Shown here one piece after another: positions 37,963-50,820 of a stretch of 64,000 nt of DNA. How positions within the stretch are numbered: position 1 is the first letter of the stretch; every line of letters starts with the position of its first letter. The notes under the pieces are model-generated. The model worked only from the letters and a program-made list of their open reading frames with translations. It was not told the DNA's origin and did no database searches. This DNA comes from Eledone cirrhosa. Taxonomy: Eukaryota. Where the stretch lies: contig OZ024743.1 in the NCBI GenBank assembly GCA_964016885.1, forward strand, positions 227,974,001-228,038,000. Reading direction: 5' to 3'. A program made the translations under genes and the position numbers.

Positions 37963-38260
37963 AAATACATATATACATATATATATATATACATATATAC
38001 ATACGTAAAATGATGATGATAATGATGATACATATACATACACATACATATATATATATATATACATACATAATTATATATATACATTCATATATATACA
38101 TACATACATATACATATACATACATACATACATACACATATGTGTATATATAAATGTATATATGTATACACATTTATATATACACATGCACATACCTATA
38201 TGTGTGTGTAAAAAGTAAACAGAAGTATATATATATATATACACACACACACATATATAT
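36802..38260. repeat. ~1.4-kb compound (TA)/(TACA)/(TATCCA) microsatellite block
   Basis: Direct inspection. Confidence 0.95.
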
Positions 38261-38514
38261 GTTGTTGGTCCTTCATTGTCTAATATGATGAAGATACAGG
38301 ATTGGTTCTAACAGGTCTGACTAGGCAGATTCAGGACAGGAATCTCTTTTTTCTCTCTCACTCACTACCTCTTTCTTTCTCTCTTTCAAACACACATACA
38401 TAGATATGTGATCTATTGAGAGTGAAATGAGGAATTTTTCATAGAGTTAAAAGCTATAACAAACACACACACACACACGCATACACACACATATGAATAC
38501 ATACACATATATGT

Positions 38515-38550
<36 letters not shown>

Positions 38551-39336
38551 GCATACCTATACATATATTCATGTAAGCTTCAAAAAGCTGATGTAAAAAC
38601 AATGATGATGATGATGACATACCTAGACAGACACACACACATATATACACATATATATATTACATGTGTGTGTGTATATATATATATATATGAGTGTGTG
38701 TGTATGTGTGTATGTATATGAGTGTGCGTGTATGTGTGTATATATATATATGTGTGTGTGTGTATGTATGTGTGTGTATGTATGTGTGTGTGTATGTGTG
38801 TGTGTGTGTGTATGTGTGTGTGTTTGTGTATGCGTTGTTCATTAATGAATGCTTCCTATTTGAATTCAAAACTATGTATTTACAATATAAAGTTCTATGA
38901 TAACATTTAACTGTCACTAAAAAAGACATTTCTACCAGCTTATGTCTGAAAAAAATGTAGAATTTTAAGGAGATTGTTAATTTATTTATATTTTTTTTTA
39001 ATTCCATCTCTTTTTTGTATTTCCACAAGTAAAAAAAAAAAGAATAATATAAATATTTAACCACAAAGTTTATTTGATGGGGGAAAAAAATAAAATTAGA
39101 GAAAATGATAATAAAGAAAATTATTTGAAGACAAACACTAAAATACTTTGAAGAAAATTAAAGGTAAAAGCTAATAAATAATGCAATTATTTACAAAATG
39201 CTGTCCATTAAAGCAACCATCACTCAGCATATTTATAAGAATTCTACAGCTTACTGTCTTTCTCTGTGTATGTAAGTATATATATATATATACACTTACG
39301 TACACAGAGAATATATATATATATATAGTGTGTGTG

Positions 39337-39391
<55 letters not shown>

Positions 39392-39502
39392 TGTGTGTAT
39401 GTATATATATATAGTATGTGTATATACATATGCATATATATATATACTATGTGTATGTATATATATATATATATACACTCACACATACTTGATACATATA
39501 TG

Positions 39503-39536
<34 letters not shown>

Positions 39537-40039
39537 AGCATATATATGTGTGTGTGTATATATGTGTTGCCTGTATGTATACATATTTATATGTGTATAT
39601 ATTTATTTATTGATATAATACATGTATGTATAATGTTGTGTGCTGTGTTCATATGCATGTCTTATAGCAGGAAAACATAGTTGTTTACTACAGAATTCCA
39701 TTTCATTCATTACTATACAGCCTCGAAAACTGTGAAGATATGCAAGAAAGGAATGCACCAACAATGCAACTAGCAACACCAGCATTGCTTCTTCTTCTCC
39801 TCCGCCATGCTAACCTACCCTTTCTTACCGCCCTACCTTTACCACTTACCCTACCTTCCCCTACCACTGCAGACTCCTCCATGGCAGTGGCAGCAGTAAA
39901 GCAATGATTCACATTCCAGATCTGATGGGAGGACAGGTCTGTGAGAGGATTTCTATTCCCCCCCACCTCCACTGCCCCCCCCCCCCCCGATTACACAGTC
40001 AGCCTTTCTCAAAGAGATTGGGATCCCAACAAGATATGT

Positions 40040-40400
40040 CTTTGGAATGACGGAACCGCATTCCTCAGTTCCAGTCAGCCAATCGAAGAGCACTTGAAAT
40101 ATTGTCAGAAAATATCACTGGAAAAACTTGTCTAAACGCGAAAGTGTAGTCGACGAGATGCTATTTATTTGCATCAACTGCGGCGGCGCGCACATATAAA
40201 ACAGCCAGAAGCCGTAACAGAGATTTCAGCTTGGAACCAGAACCCGTCATTGTTGGAATACGGATGTTTGTTTTTGAAAAATTTTAGGTCTCAAAAGAAA
40301 TTCCATTAAGGCTGGCAGTTGCAAAGATGGAATAAATATTATTTTGGCGAGATCAAAGCAACATTCCACTAGCCCGGAACATTCTGTAAACCTTGGGAGA
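40040..40400 (+). promoter_or_regulatory. Putative RNA Pol II promoter (CCAAT, octamer, GC-rich BRE-like stretch, TATA, Inr-like), predicted TSS ~40225-40230
   Basis: AGCCAATCG 40077-40085; ATTTGCAT 40167-40174; CGGCGGCGCGC 40181-40191; TATAAAA 40195-40201; TTCAGCTT ~40225-40232. Local CpG enrichment in unique sequence. Confidence 0.65.
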
Positions 40401-41476
40401 AAGGAGGGTGGAAAATCTGTAGAAATAAAAATTGGTGATTGTTTCTTTGATAATAAATAACATTTGGAATTATTTTTAATTTTAGAATACAGTTCTCATA
40501 ACTTGCAATTTTTCGCACTTAATAAAAGTGAAAACTAAAAAAAAAAAAAATTAAATAACACAACAGCAGCAGCAGATAAATTAAATGGAAAAACTAAAAA
40601 AAAAAACTGAGGGGTGGGGGGGGGTTCAAATTTTAAGATAATTACATCCTCTATATTTTTTCAAACTGAATTCAACTTTATTTGTAAATTATGCAAAACA
40701 ATTTTTAATAACTTTTATTTGTTAATTAACTATGGTTATTAAAAGGTTAACAAGGCACTAGCAAAAAAAAAGAAAAAAAAAAAGAAAAAATGTTTTATAG
40801 AACAGCAACATTTAAATAACATTTCTTGTCTTCTTTTATTTTTACTTAATTAGATAAAAATCATTTCCCTCAACACACACACACACCCAAATATATACAA
40901 ACATACACACACACAAATATATACAAGCACATAGATACACAAACATAGAAATGCACAAATGTATGCAGATACACACACACAAATACAACAACAAATAAAT
41001 ACAAACACACACACATAAATATAAGCAATCACACGAAAATATATATATACACACTAACAGATACAAAGGTATAAATCTCGCAAGGATTTTTTTTTTTTAT
41101 TATTTTTGGGGAGGATGGAGTTGTTCAGTTTTAATAATTTGTGTAGATTTAATAGATTACACATTTTATCTGTATTTAAATTACAGTGGTGATGAATGGA
41201 GCTGAGAGTTAGTTAGAAATACATCAAACTGGAGACCTCAGATATCACCTCATCAATCTCCAGTATCACAAGTATAACAAGACAACCCAACTATTTGAAC
41301 TGCTGACACATGCCCTCACACAGCACCCCCATATGTTTAACTTTAAACTAAAGTTCATCTTATCTGAACACACTGAATCCCTAGGCTATATATATATAAA
41401 CTAAAAAATAAGGGAATGCTGGATCCCTTGAATCCTTACTCTGCCATTTCCATATTCTGTGAAGCAGAATTTATGC

Positions 41477-41517
<41 letters not shown>

Positions 41518-41520
41518 TAT

Positions 41521-42020
41521 ATGGCAAAGCATAAATAAACTGAGAGTGAAATTAAGCATAAGTGGAATCAGATACAATGTGCAGGAGTGGAGATTGTGTT
41601 GGTATGGACATGTGATGCACATGAAGGATGACAGCTGTACAAAAAGGTGCAGAGCGCTCAAATTGATGGAAGCTATGCTATGGGCAGACCTAGGAAGACT
41701 TGGGATAAGGTGATAAAAGCTAGCCTTACACAGTTGCACCTCTCAAAGGTAGTGACACAGGACTGTGTTCTCTGGCTCTATACAGTAATACACAAGATCC
41801 ACCTTCCCATATGCTGGGGCTGAGGCATATATCTGGTATGCACTACCTTCACTTACATCACCTGTCCCATACACCTCCCATGTTGTAATCACCCCACCCC
41901 TACATCTATCTCCCCAATTTCCCCATGCATCTCCCCACCCATCCCCCATCCACACTATAAAGTGGTCATTGATGCCATGCCAATGAGTGCTGAGTCCTCT
42001 CTGTAAAGTGTTCTTGTAGG
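41521..42020 (+). mobile_element. Old degenerate 3' fragment of RTE family A
   Basis: QSINKLRVKL...WRLCWYGHVMHMKDDSC aligns with 1769-2083. A C-rich 3' UTR follows, like 2130-2175. Confidence 0.8.
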
Positions 42021-42854
42021 TGTCCTTTCTGTATTGTCAGATGAGCTACATGTAACTATTCTCTATCTCTCAAAGTGTGTTTATATAGATTTTTACACAA
42101 GAATATATATGCATGAGGGGGACAATGACTATGTAAAGATATGTATGTGTGTGAGTATACACACACACACATACATACATACACAAACGGTTTGTAAAAC
42201 ATACACAAACTTAAAAAAAAGATTCTTTCATCTAGTAGATCTACCCATCCATCCATCCATAGATCGTAACACTAAACATCATAAGCCATGGTTATTATGG
42301 AGAGAGAGAGAGAAAGGTCAAAGTTGACATATCTAATACATGCTTGTCCTGCTCAGGATACTGCTTTCAACATGGCCAGGTGAGTCAATAATGACCCTGA
42401 AGATATCTCATTAGGATGAAAGAAGGGAGTAAAAATAAAAAAATATATAATAATAATACCATGGTACAGTAGATAAAAAGAAGTGGCTCTGGGTGGAGTA
42501 AGGGATATCAGAGTTTTAATGGTTGCAATGAATAGGTTGAATTAATCTAACTGGAACAGTGAATAATATATCCCTCTCAACAGGGGGGGACATCACATTA
42601 TTATAGACAGATTTTTCTATCTATTCACCCAGACCATGCTTGTACATGCACACAGAGACACACAATTACATTCAGACACACACACACACACACACACTCT
42701 TTCTCTCTCTCCCACTCAAAGTGTGGCTTATATATTACTGCCGTCAGATCACACACACAATGTCAGATCACACACACAATATGTTGAAAATGCTTACTAA
42801 CCTACTCCTTACTTCATATGTTTATGTATGTATTAAATATATCACCTTTTCTTT

Positions 42855-42913
<59 letters not shown>

Positions 42914-43265
42914 CTAAAACACATGTGGGGCATAATAGATATATGCATAATTACACCATATGAACTCAAGTTTTGTATTATTCATAAAAGGATCTATTTA
43001 TCAATAGTGAATCGAAATTGCTTTCCTTATGTTCATTTTGTAAGGGATTTCAATGAAATGTTAGAACCATCTGCTCTACACTTACTCTTAACAAAAACTA
43101 CTCCCAACCCAGTGTACTTAAAGTCACCATCATTGTCATCACCAATATACAAAAAGGGGACATTAAACAATGATGATAATAATGTTGATGATGGAAATTC
43201 TGTTAATAGGTTTTAAGTTATTGCTAAGCCTCACCAAGGTCAAACCAAATCCAGCAGATATATAA

Positions 43266-43465
43266 TTAACTCTTCGGTTACCATATTTTTAGATACTACA
43301 TGAAATCTTTAAATAATTTTGAAAATGAATAAGAATTTGGAGAGATTTAGCAATATAACTAAATTTCTCATTATTAAGCTGGTGTTTGGAGCATGACAAC
43401 TAGATTATAATGAAAGGTTTTAGATAGATATAAACACTTTAAAGTAAGCAACTTTGTATCATAAG
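43266..43465. mobile_element. MITE-like repeat (same family as 11312-11545)
   Basis: TTAACTCTTCGGTTACC start; TTCTCATTATTAAGCTGGTGTTTGGAGCAT. Confidence 0.5.
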
Positions 43466-43680
43466 ACGTTTCATGACCATAGAGACTTGTCTTTCTTAGA
43501 TAGTAGTGTGTGATGTGAAGGAAAACTAGCTACAAGTTCTAGCAAATCAAGATTTTTGGTGAGAATTGTGTGAGCCAGCAATACACTTTGGAAAATAACT
43601 CTACTTCATCAGGACTGAACTGAGGTTAAACAATAACAACTACAACAAGCATGCAAACAGATATAAGCTATTCACTCACT

Positions 43681-43856
43681 ATTGGCAGTATCGGTAGGGG
43701 GTCAGACGCCATGCTTTCCAGCATAGTTACTGCGGTCTGAGTTCAAATCCTGCCGAGGTTAACTTTGCCTTTCATCTTTACGGGGTCGATAAAATAAAGT
43801 ACCAGTAATGTACTGGGTAATTGATGGTCTTGTGCCAAAAGTAGAAACAATTATTA
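43681..43856 (+). mobile_element. SINE family S1
   Basis: ATTGGCAGTATCGG...GTAGAAACAATTATT. Confidence 0.85.
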
Positions 43857-45799
43857 ACCCTATCATGATTACTGTAGTGGTATGTGCATATATAAACACT
43901 CACAATCCTATAAAAATTGTTTGCATTCTCACACATGCATGTATGCACAACACCACTGGCAAGTGCTTTCTACTACAGCCTCGGATTCATCAATGCCTTG
44001 AGAGTGGAATTTGGTAGATAGAAACTGTAGAAAGCCAAGCATATTTATCATCACATAATCATCATCATTTTATGTTCACTTTTCTATACTAGCATATGTT
44101 GGTCATATACATGTAAGTGCTAGTGTTTATGACCCATAACTTAGTGGCTTGACAAAAAGAGATTGGTAAATTGAATACTGGAGACAATATGATCAACTTT
44201 AATGTAGTGTCCTTGCACATAGCTGCAGTCAAATGACTGAAACCAGTAGAAGAATAAAAGGATAAAAATACATGATTGCTACATACATACATGTTAGTGT
44301 GTATATATATATATACATGTTAGTGTGCATACATGTAAGTATTCATGCACACAGGTATGAATCTTCGTTATTTATTTTTAGGGTGGGGTTTGTTTGTTTA
44401 TCTTTTTACTCAGTTCTCATAATTATAAGGGCCAAGTGACCTGGAAAACCAGTCTAAAACTCTTTCAACCAGATTTAATCAACCATATAGTGAGGGTGAG
44501 GGAAGAAGGGATGTTACTTCAGAAGACATCTTTCTGCATTCCTTTATGTTTCCAGGTAATTCTCTCTCTCTCCCTCTCTCCTTTATACTCTTTGCTTTTG
44601 ACTTCTGCCTCTGATTATACTTTCCTCCCTCTCCCCCTCTTCTTCTCTAAAACAGCACAGCTGCGACCTCCACCCTCACATCAACAAGAACAATGTTTTA
44701 GATAGCTCCATACATAACCTTGTGTGAGTATATGTTGGAAATTAAATATGAATTCAAACTATGTGGAATACTCAGACACAGGTTTATAAGTATACAAACT
44801 CATATATATATAAGGAGGACAAGCAAATGAAGAACAGCATCTATTTTCCCCATCAGCTATTCCTTGTAAATATGATTTCATATATAAGATGGTATTGTAT
44901 TTTTACTTTCAAGGTGCACAATTGCTTGAAAGAACACACACATTATCCTCATCAAGTGTCTCTTTTTCCCTATAAGCAAAGTTTGCACAAATTGTCACAG
45001 ACCAGATCTGTACTTAGCCAGAGTCATTGACCTCTCAGATGGGCTGGGTGTCTTAGGTTAGAATTACTTGAATACGGTTTTTACATTTAAATGCCTATGT
45101 AATTCACAGATTTTCAATTTTAGCTTCCTACATGAAATTATGATGGAATGTGTTTAGATAATAGAACATGGAGCAGTTTCAGGTGGTTTGGTATTAAAAA
45201 GATTAATAACTTATTTATCTAAATTCATGCCATCAAATTACTTCAGCTATTTGATTTCATTCAGATTTTCTCATAATAGATATGCCTTACCTGTTAAGAC
45301 AACACACACACATATATATACCTGTGTGTGTAAACCCCCCCCCCCCGGAAACAGCCCAGAAGGAGGGTTGGCTGGGATAATCTAAAACATAAAATATATA
45401 AACAAAAAGAAAAGAAACCTAATAGTAATAGAGACTTCCTTTCATAAATTGTGTCTGTCCATTATCCTTAGCAGTATTGGTGTTTGGTTAACACCACCAC
45501 TACCTCACACCTATGACACCTCAATTACAATTAACTATAACAACAATTATCACAATCATTACTAACATTACCACCACCACAGTGGATGCCAATGTCATCA
45601 CCAACACAAAGGGTATATAGAACAAGATAATGTTACTAACACCAAAGTAATCAAATATAATCATTAGGATTTGTTTAGAGGTCAGGTCTGCCCTGATCAA
45701 GCAGGTTTGTTATCAAAGACATTCCAGTCGTGACCATACCATTTCATTTTTATGTATAATGTATGTAAGTCTACATTATTTAATGTAGATCAATTTGCT

Positions 45800-46035
45800 G
45801 TTGTTGAAACTCTGTAACAATAAGAGTTCCAGTTTCTGGAGCAATGGATCAACCTTACTCTTGAAATTGACACAAAAGTGGCCGAGTATTCCACAGACAG
45901 GTGTGCTCTTAACACAGTTCTTATGAAGATTCTGCATGACAAGATGTGGAACAAGGTTTGTTCTCTGTATTGCAAGCCCAACACATTTTTCCAACTGAGT
46001 GGACTGGAGCAATGTGAAATAAAGTATCTTGCTCA
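45800..46035 (-). mobile_element. Degenerate SINE family S4
   Basis: Reverse complement contains TTGAGCAAGATACTTTATTTCACATTGCTCCAG and GTCTGTGGAATACTCGGCCACTT. Confidence 0.6.
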
Positions 46036-47555
46036 ATGCTGCTAGTGAATCAAACATACATCTTTATTCCGCAAACACACACACACATCTACTTTTATCA
46101 TAATCTTCAGAGAAACTTTATGTGACACAGTATTGGTGTGACAAGGCTGGCATTTTCAACTTTAGCTGATGGGTTTCCACATAACTTCTGTTACACAATT
46201 TCATTAAAACTTGACAAGATACTAACATGCAGTGGTATCAAACCAATGACCTTATGTTTGTGAAGCATATATATATGTAACAAACTCAGGGGATATGCAT
46301 ACATATTTATGTATAAGCACAGATACATATATGAGTGAAATCCACCTTCAACAGATTGTTGCTCCATGATTGAATGAATTAAACAAATGATCCATTAATC
46401 AGAGCTATATAAAATTATAAGTGTGAAGAACAGACAGACAAAATTTACCTAACTTTTCTTCCAGGGAAATTAACTAGTGAGTCGTCGTCGTCGTCGTGCC
46501 CCCCCCCCCCCAATCCCCGGAAACTGGCCAGAAAAAGGTTTGGGTGGGATAATCTGAAACATAACCATTCAACCATGCCTATAAATATTTTTTCACTATA
46601 CCCAACTAATTCTAGTGGTTAATGTTTTACTAAGTATTTCACCTGCAGCCCATCTTTCTTTTCTTATAAAAGTGAGAAAAAAAGGAGGGCAGACAGACAG
46701 AAAGAGTTAAGAGGTGACTGGCAAAACAGGAATATCTAGGGGTGAGAGAGAGCTATCTCCTCAGTGTGGCCCATAAATAAGACATAAATACTGAATGGGT
46801 TTATAACAAAACTAAATAAATACAGACATGAGCGAGTCAGGAAAACTTTGTATTTGGTGTTGTTCAAAGGCTGGGTTCCTGTCATCTGACCACAAACATA
46901 AACAACCTTACCCCCACCATAGGATGGGGGTTCCACTAATAAGGTGGGGTTGGGGAAGAGCTGCTGTTATAAACAGCAGTAGCACTGCTCCTGAACTTAT
47001 GAAGATCAGTGAACAATTGAAGGGGTTGTTGGTGGGGGGTTCTGGAGATAATGAATAGATAAAATGAAAACACAGGTAACAAAAAATACTGAACACAAAC
47101 CTGTACAAGAAATAAATAAACAAATAGATAAGGTTTATGGTTGAAAACTCAAAAGAAATAAAGATAAGATATCAGAAGAGGAAAGGTAAAAGATAGAGAT
47201 GGTAATGGTGGGGTGGGGTGTAGAAGACTAGGGAGTGGGCAGTTAAAAAAAAGGACCCAGGCTGGGAGAAAGTACAGGTGAGTGAGTAGCTGCTTTTGCT
47301 TGTTGGTGTAAAAAGAAGAAATAAAAATAAGTTAAAACAAAAAATGAATAAATCTCTTTAAAAAATGAAGTGTGAAAAAGGGAAGAGAGTTTTAAGAGGT
47401 GGTGGTGTTGGTGGAGTTACTTCCTTCCCCATCACTCCCACTGCTTCTTCAGCCACTCCAAACAAAACAGTTATTTACTAACTGACAAGACACACCTATC
47501 CCCACTACAATCATCTACCAACTACCTGTCCAAACAACACACATTATATATTGAA

Positions 47556-47738
47556 TTAGGCACAAGGCCAGCAAATACCCAGTGCATTACTGGTACTTTA
47601 TTTTATCGACCTCGTAAGGATGAAAGGTAAAGTCAATCCCGCCGAGGTTGACTTTACCTTTCATCCTTACGAGGTCGATAAAATAAAGTACCAGTAATGC
47701 ACTGGGTATTTGCTGGCCTTGTGCCTAAATTAGAAACA
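47556..47738. mobile_element. Fold-back S1 SINE insertion (perfect 81-bp inverted repeat) flanked by a 15-bp TSD
   Basis: Arms 47556-47636 and 47648-47728. ATTATATATTGAATT at 47543-47557 and 47739-47753. Confidence 0.88.
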
Positions 47739-47750
47739 ATTATATATTGA

Positions 47751-47953
47751 ATTGGCAGTATCGGTAGAGGGTTGGACGCCGTATCGGTAGAGGGTTGGAC
47801 GCCATGCTTTCTAGCATAGCTACGTCCCTTTACGGTCTGAGTTCAAATCCTGCCGAGGTTAACTTTGCCTTTCATCCTTACGGGGTCGATAAAATAAAGT
47901 ACCAGTAATGTACTGGGTAATTGCTGGCCTTGTGCCAAAAGTAGAAACAATTA
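47751..47953 (+). mobile_element. SINE family S1 with a 23-bp head duplication
   Basis: GTATCGGTAGAGGGTTGGACGCC twice (47758-47803), then a normal body. Confidence 0.85.
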
Positions 47954-49836
47954 TATATATATATATATGTGTGTCCATCGATCTATATGTATTTATTTAT
48001 CTACCTATCTATCTCTCTAATTATCTACATATCAACCTGTCTATCTTTCTCTCTTTCCTCAATTAACAGCTGGATCAACAACCACAGAAAATAAACTTTA
48101 ACAAATAAACAAAAAAGCTCACAAAAAAGGTTCAGGAAGAATAAAGAATAAAAGGAGCAAACTATGAAGAAGAGGGGGGGGTTGACAGAGAGTGTGTAGA
48201 GGGCATACATAAATTGCTTGTGTGTTATTGTATGTGTAGCTGCATGCAGTTGTGTGTGAGCTCACTGATTTTATTGTTTCATGGTTGAAGTCTTTAGTTG
48301 TCCCCTCCCCCATTAGATTAGAATTTTTTTCCCTTTTAATCAATATCCTGAATAAGGGTCATTTGTTCACAGACCTTAGCTATAGATCCTATCAACACAT
48401 TGTGTTCAAAGAGAATGCATCCACACATAAGTTCCCCTCATACACATACACACTCATATACTAAGAAGGACCCTTCACACACCAAAATAAAACATTTAAA
48501 TCCCATAAAACATTAAAAACCCATACATATCCGTATTACCATTCAATGAAGTCCAAACTTCATTAAGCTTGAGTGCATTACTTCACTTTACTTACAGAAA
48601 CTTTGCTACTTATACACTTATTTCAAAAAGTTTGATAAAACTATGCGCAATACATATCAACCACATAGCCATGCTAAACATACTGAAATTGTGTAGTCCT
48701 TTGATATCTATCTCTAGCTAAATTTTAGTTTTCCCAGTTTCTTTATTTCTCTTTATATATCTGCCAGAGAAATGAAGCATGGCAAGGCCAATGGCTTTCT
48801 GGTATTTTAAGCCCCCCTCTATTACTTCAATCTTTCACTCAACTACTAAAAAAACAACAACACTACATGCCCTTAGGCTCCAGTTTAGTCAGCTCTATAA
48901 GCTTCTGGTTATATCTGTCTCTAGATCATCTTCAGTCTTCCACAAAATAAATAAATAAATAAGTAAAATTAAAATAAATAAATGAAATGCAAACGAAACT
49001 TATGGCTCAAACCTATGGGTGCAGTTCATAAGTTTCTCAGATTTGTTTTGATAGAAGCTTCAGTTTTTTCATGAAAATCATGAAATAGAGTGTCATAAGA
49101 ACATCATGCTCTGCCACATCCAGGAATTGAACCCACACCCTTCTGATCATGATCCCAACACCCTAACTACAAAGACACAGGGGTTTATATATTCACTGGT
49201 TGTTTATCAATCTATCAAGTCTTGCTTACTTCTCTTTCTGACCACTATCCTCCCCAGAGAGAGGAGACAGGCAAGAGAGAGTCACATTCGGTAGTAAAAT
49301 CAGCCCTGATAAAATCTGTTAATTACACTACTGCACTGATAATATGAAATAAGACAAATACATTGAGTCATTTTTCTCTTTGAAGTAAGTCTCCAACAAA
49401 AGCTCAAGAGAAGAAGTCGCACAATTTTCCCAATGATATATTATAGATCAGTTGATCTCAGGATCAGATAGATCTAGGATTAATCCAGATATAAGAGGAA
49501 TATTTTTAGCTTAAATATCCGATTTTGAACACGAACGAGAGAAGAATATGTAAGTGAATACAACAGTAGAAGCAGAGGCTATATTTCCAAAAAATTGTGA
49601 TTATCTATTTAAAATCTTGATATAAGTAATAACTAAGTGGAAAGAGTGAATATGTATTAAACATAAACAACAACATAAACAAAACACACATACACATCAA
49701 AGGAAAGTTATAAAAGCAAGTCATTATTTTGACATATCTTGTGTTAATGATGGAGTAGGTTTGGTGTTTGTTTAATCTTTTTAGTTGGTTGTGTATGTAT
49801 ATTTATATACGTAATGCACATAAATGTACACACACA

Positions 49837-49867
49837 TTATATATATATATATATACATATGTATACG

Positions 49868-49899
<32 letters not shown>

Positions 49900-50090
49900 T
49901 ATACATATATACATATATATATATATATACATATATACATACATATATACATATATACATATACATATATACATATACATATATATATATATACATATAT
50001 ATATACATATATACATATATACATATACATATATACATATACATATACATATATACATATACATATATATATATATACATATATATATAC

Positions 50091-50135
<45 letters not shown>

Positions 50136-50414
50136 TATATACATACATATATATATACATATATACATATAAGTTGAAATAAAATGAAAACGAAATTTCA
50201 TTTCTCACTCTTAGTACTGCACTTACTTAAATGTAAGTATGTGTGTGTACCTACATACATATATGTATACAGACGTACAGTAGCATGCATATATATATAT
50301 GCATGCTACTGTACGTCTGTATACATATATGTATGTACGTATATACATATATGTATGTACGTATACACACATACTTACATATATATATACATATATATAT
50401 ATATACGTATATAC

Positions 50415-50462
<48 letters not shown>

Positions 50463-50562
50463 ATACGTATATATATATATATATGTATACGTATATATAT
50501 ATATATATGTATACGTATATATATATATATATGTATACGTATATATATATATATATGTATAC

Positions 50563-50604
<42 letters not shown>

Positions 50605-50606
50605 AC

Positions 50607-50637
<31 letters not shown>

Positions 50638-50638
50638 C

Positions 50639-50674
<36 letters not shown>

Positions 50675-50700
50675 ACGTATATATATATATATACATACAC

Positions 50701-50749
<49 letters not shown>

Positions 50750-50820
50750 CACATAGATATATAGACACATATATATATGTACGTACACAGATATATTATA
50801 TAGATAAGTATACACACACA
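49837..50820. repeat. Compound AT microsatellites, including an 86-bp perfect palindrome (50252-50337)
   Basis: Direct inspection. Confidence 0.92.

Noticed and set aside
42395-42430. CTGAAGA-T-ATCT...GGAT-GAAA hammerhead-like pattern
   Set aside because: No stem III or UH site after GAAA.
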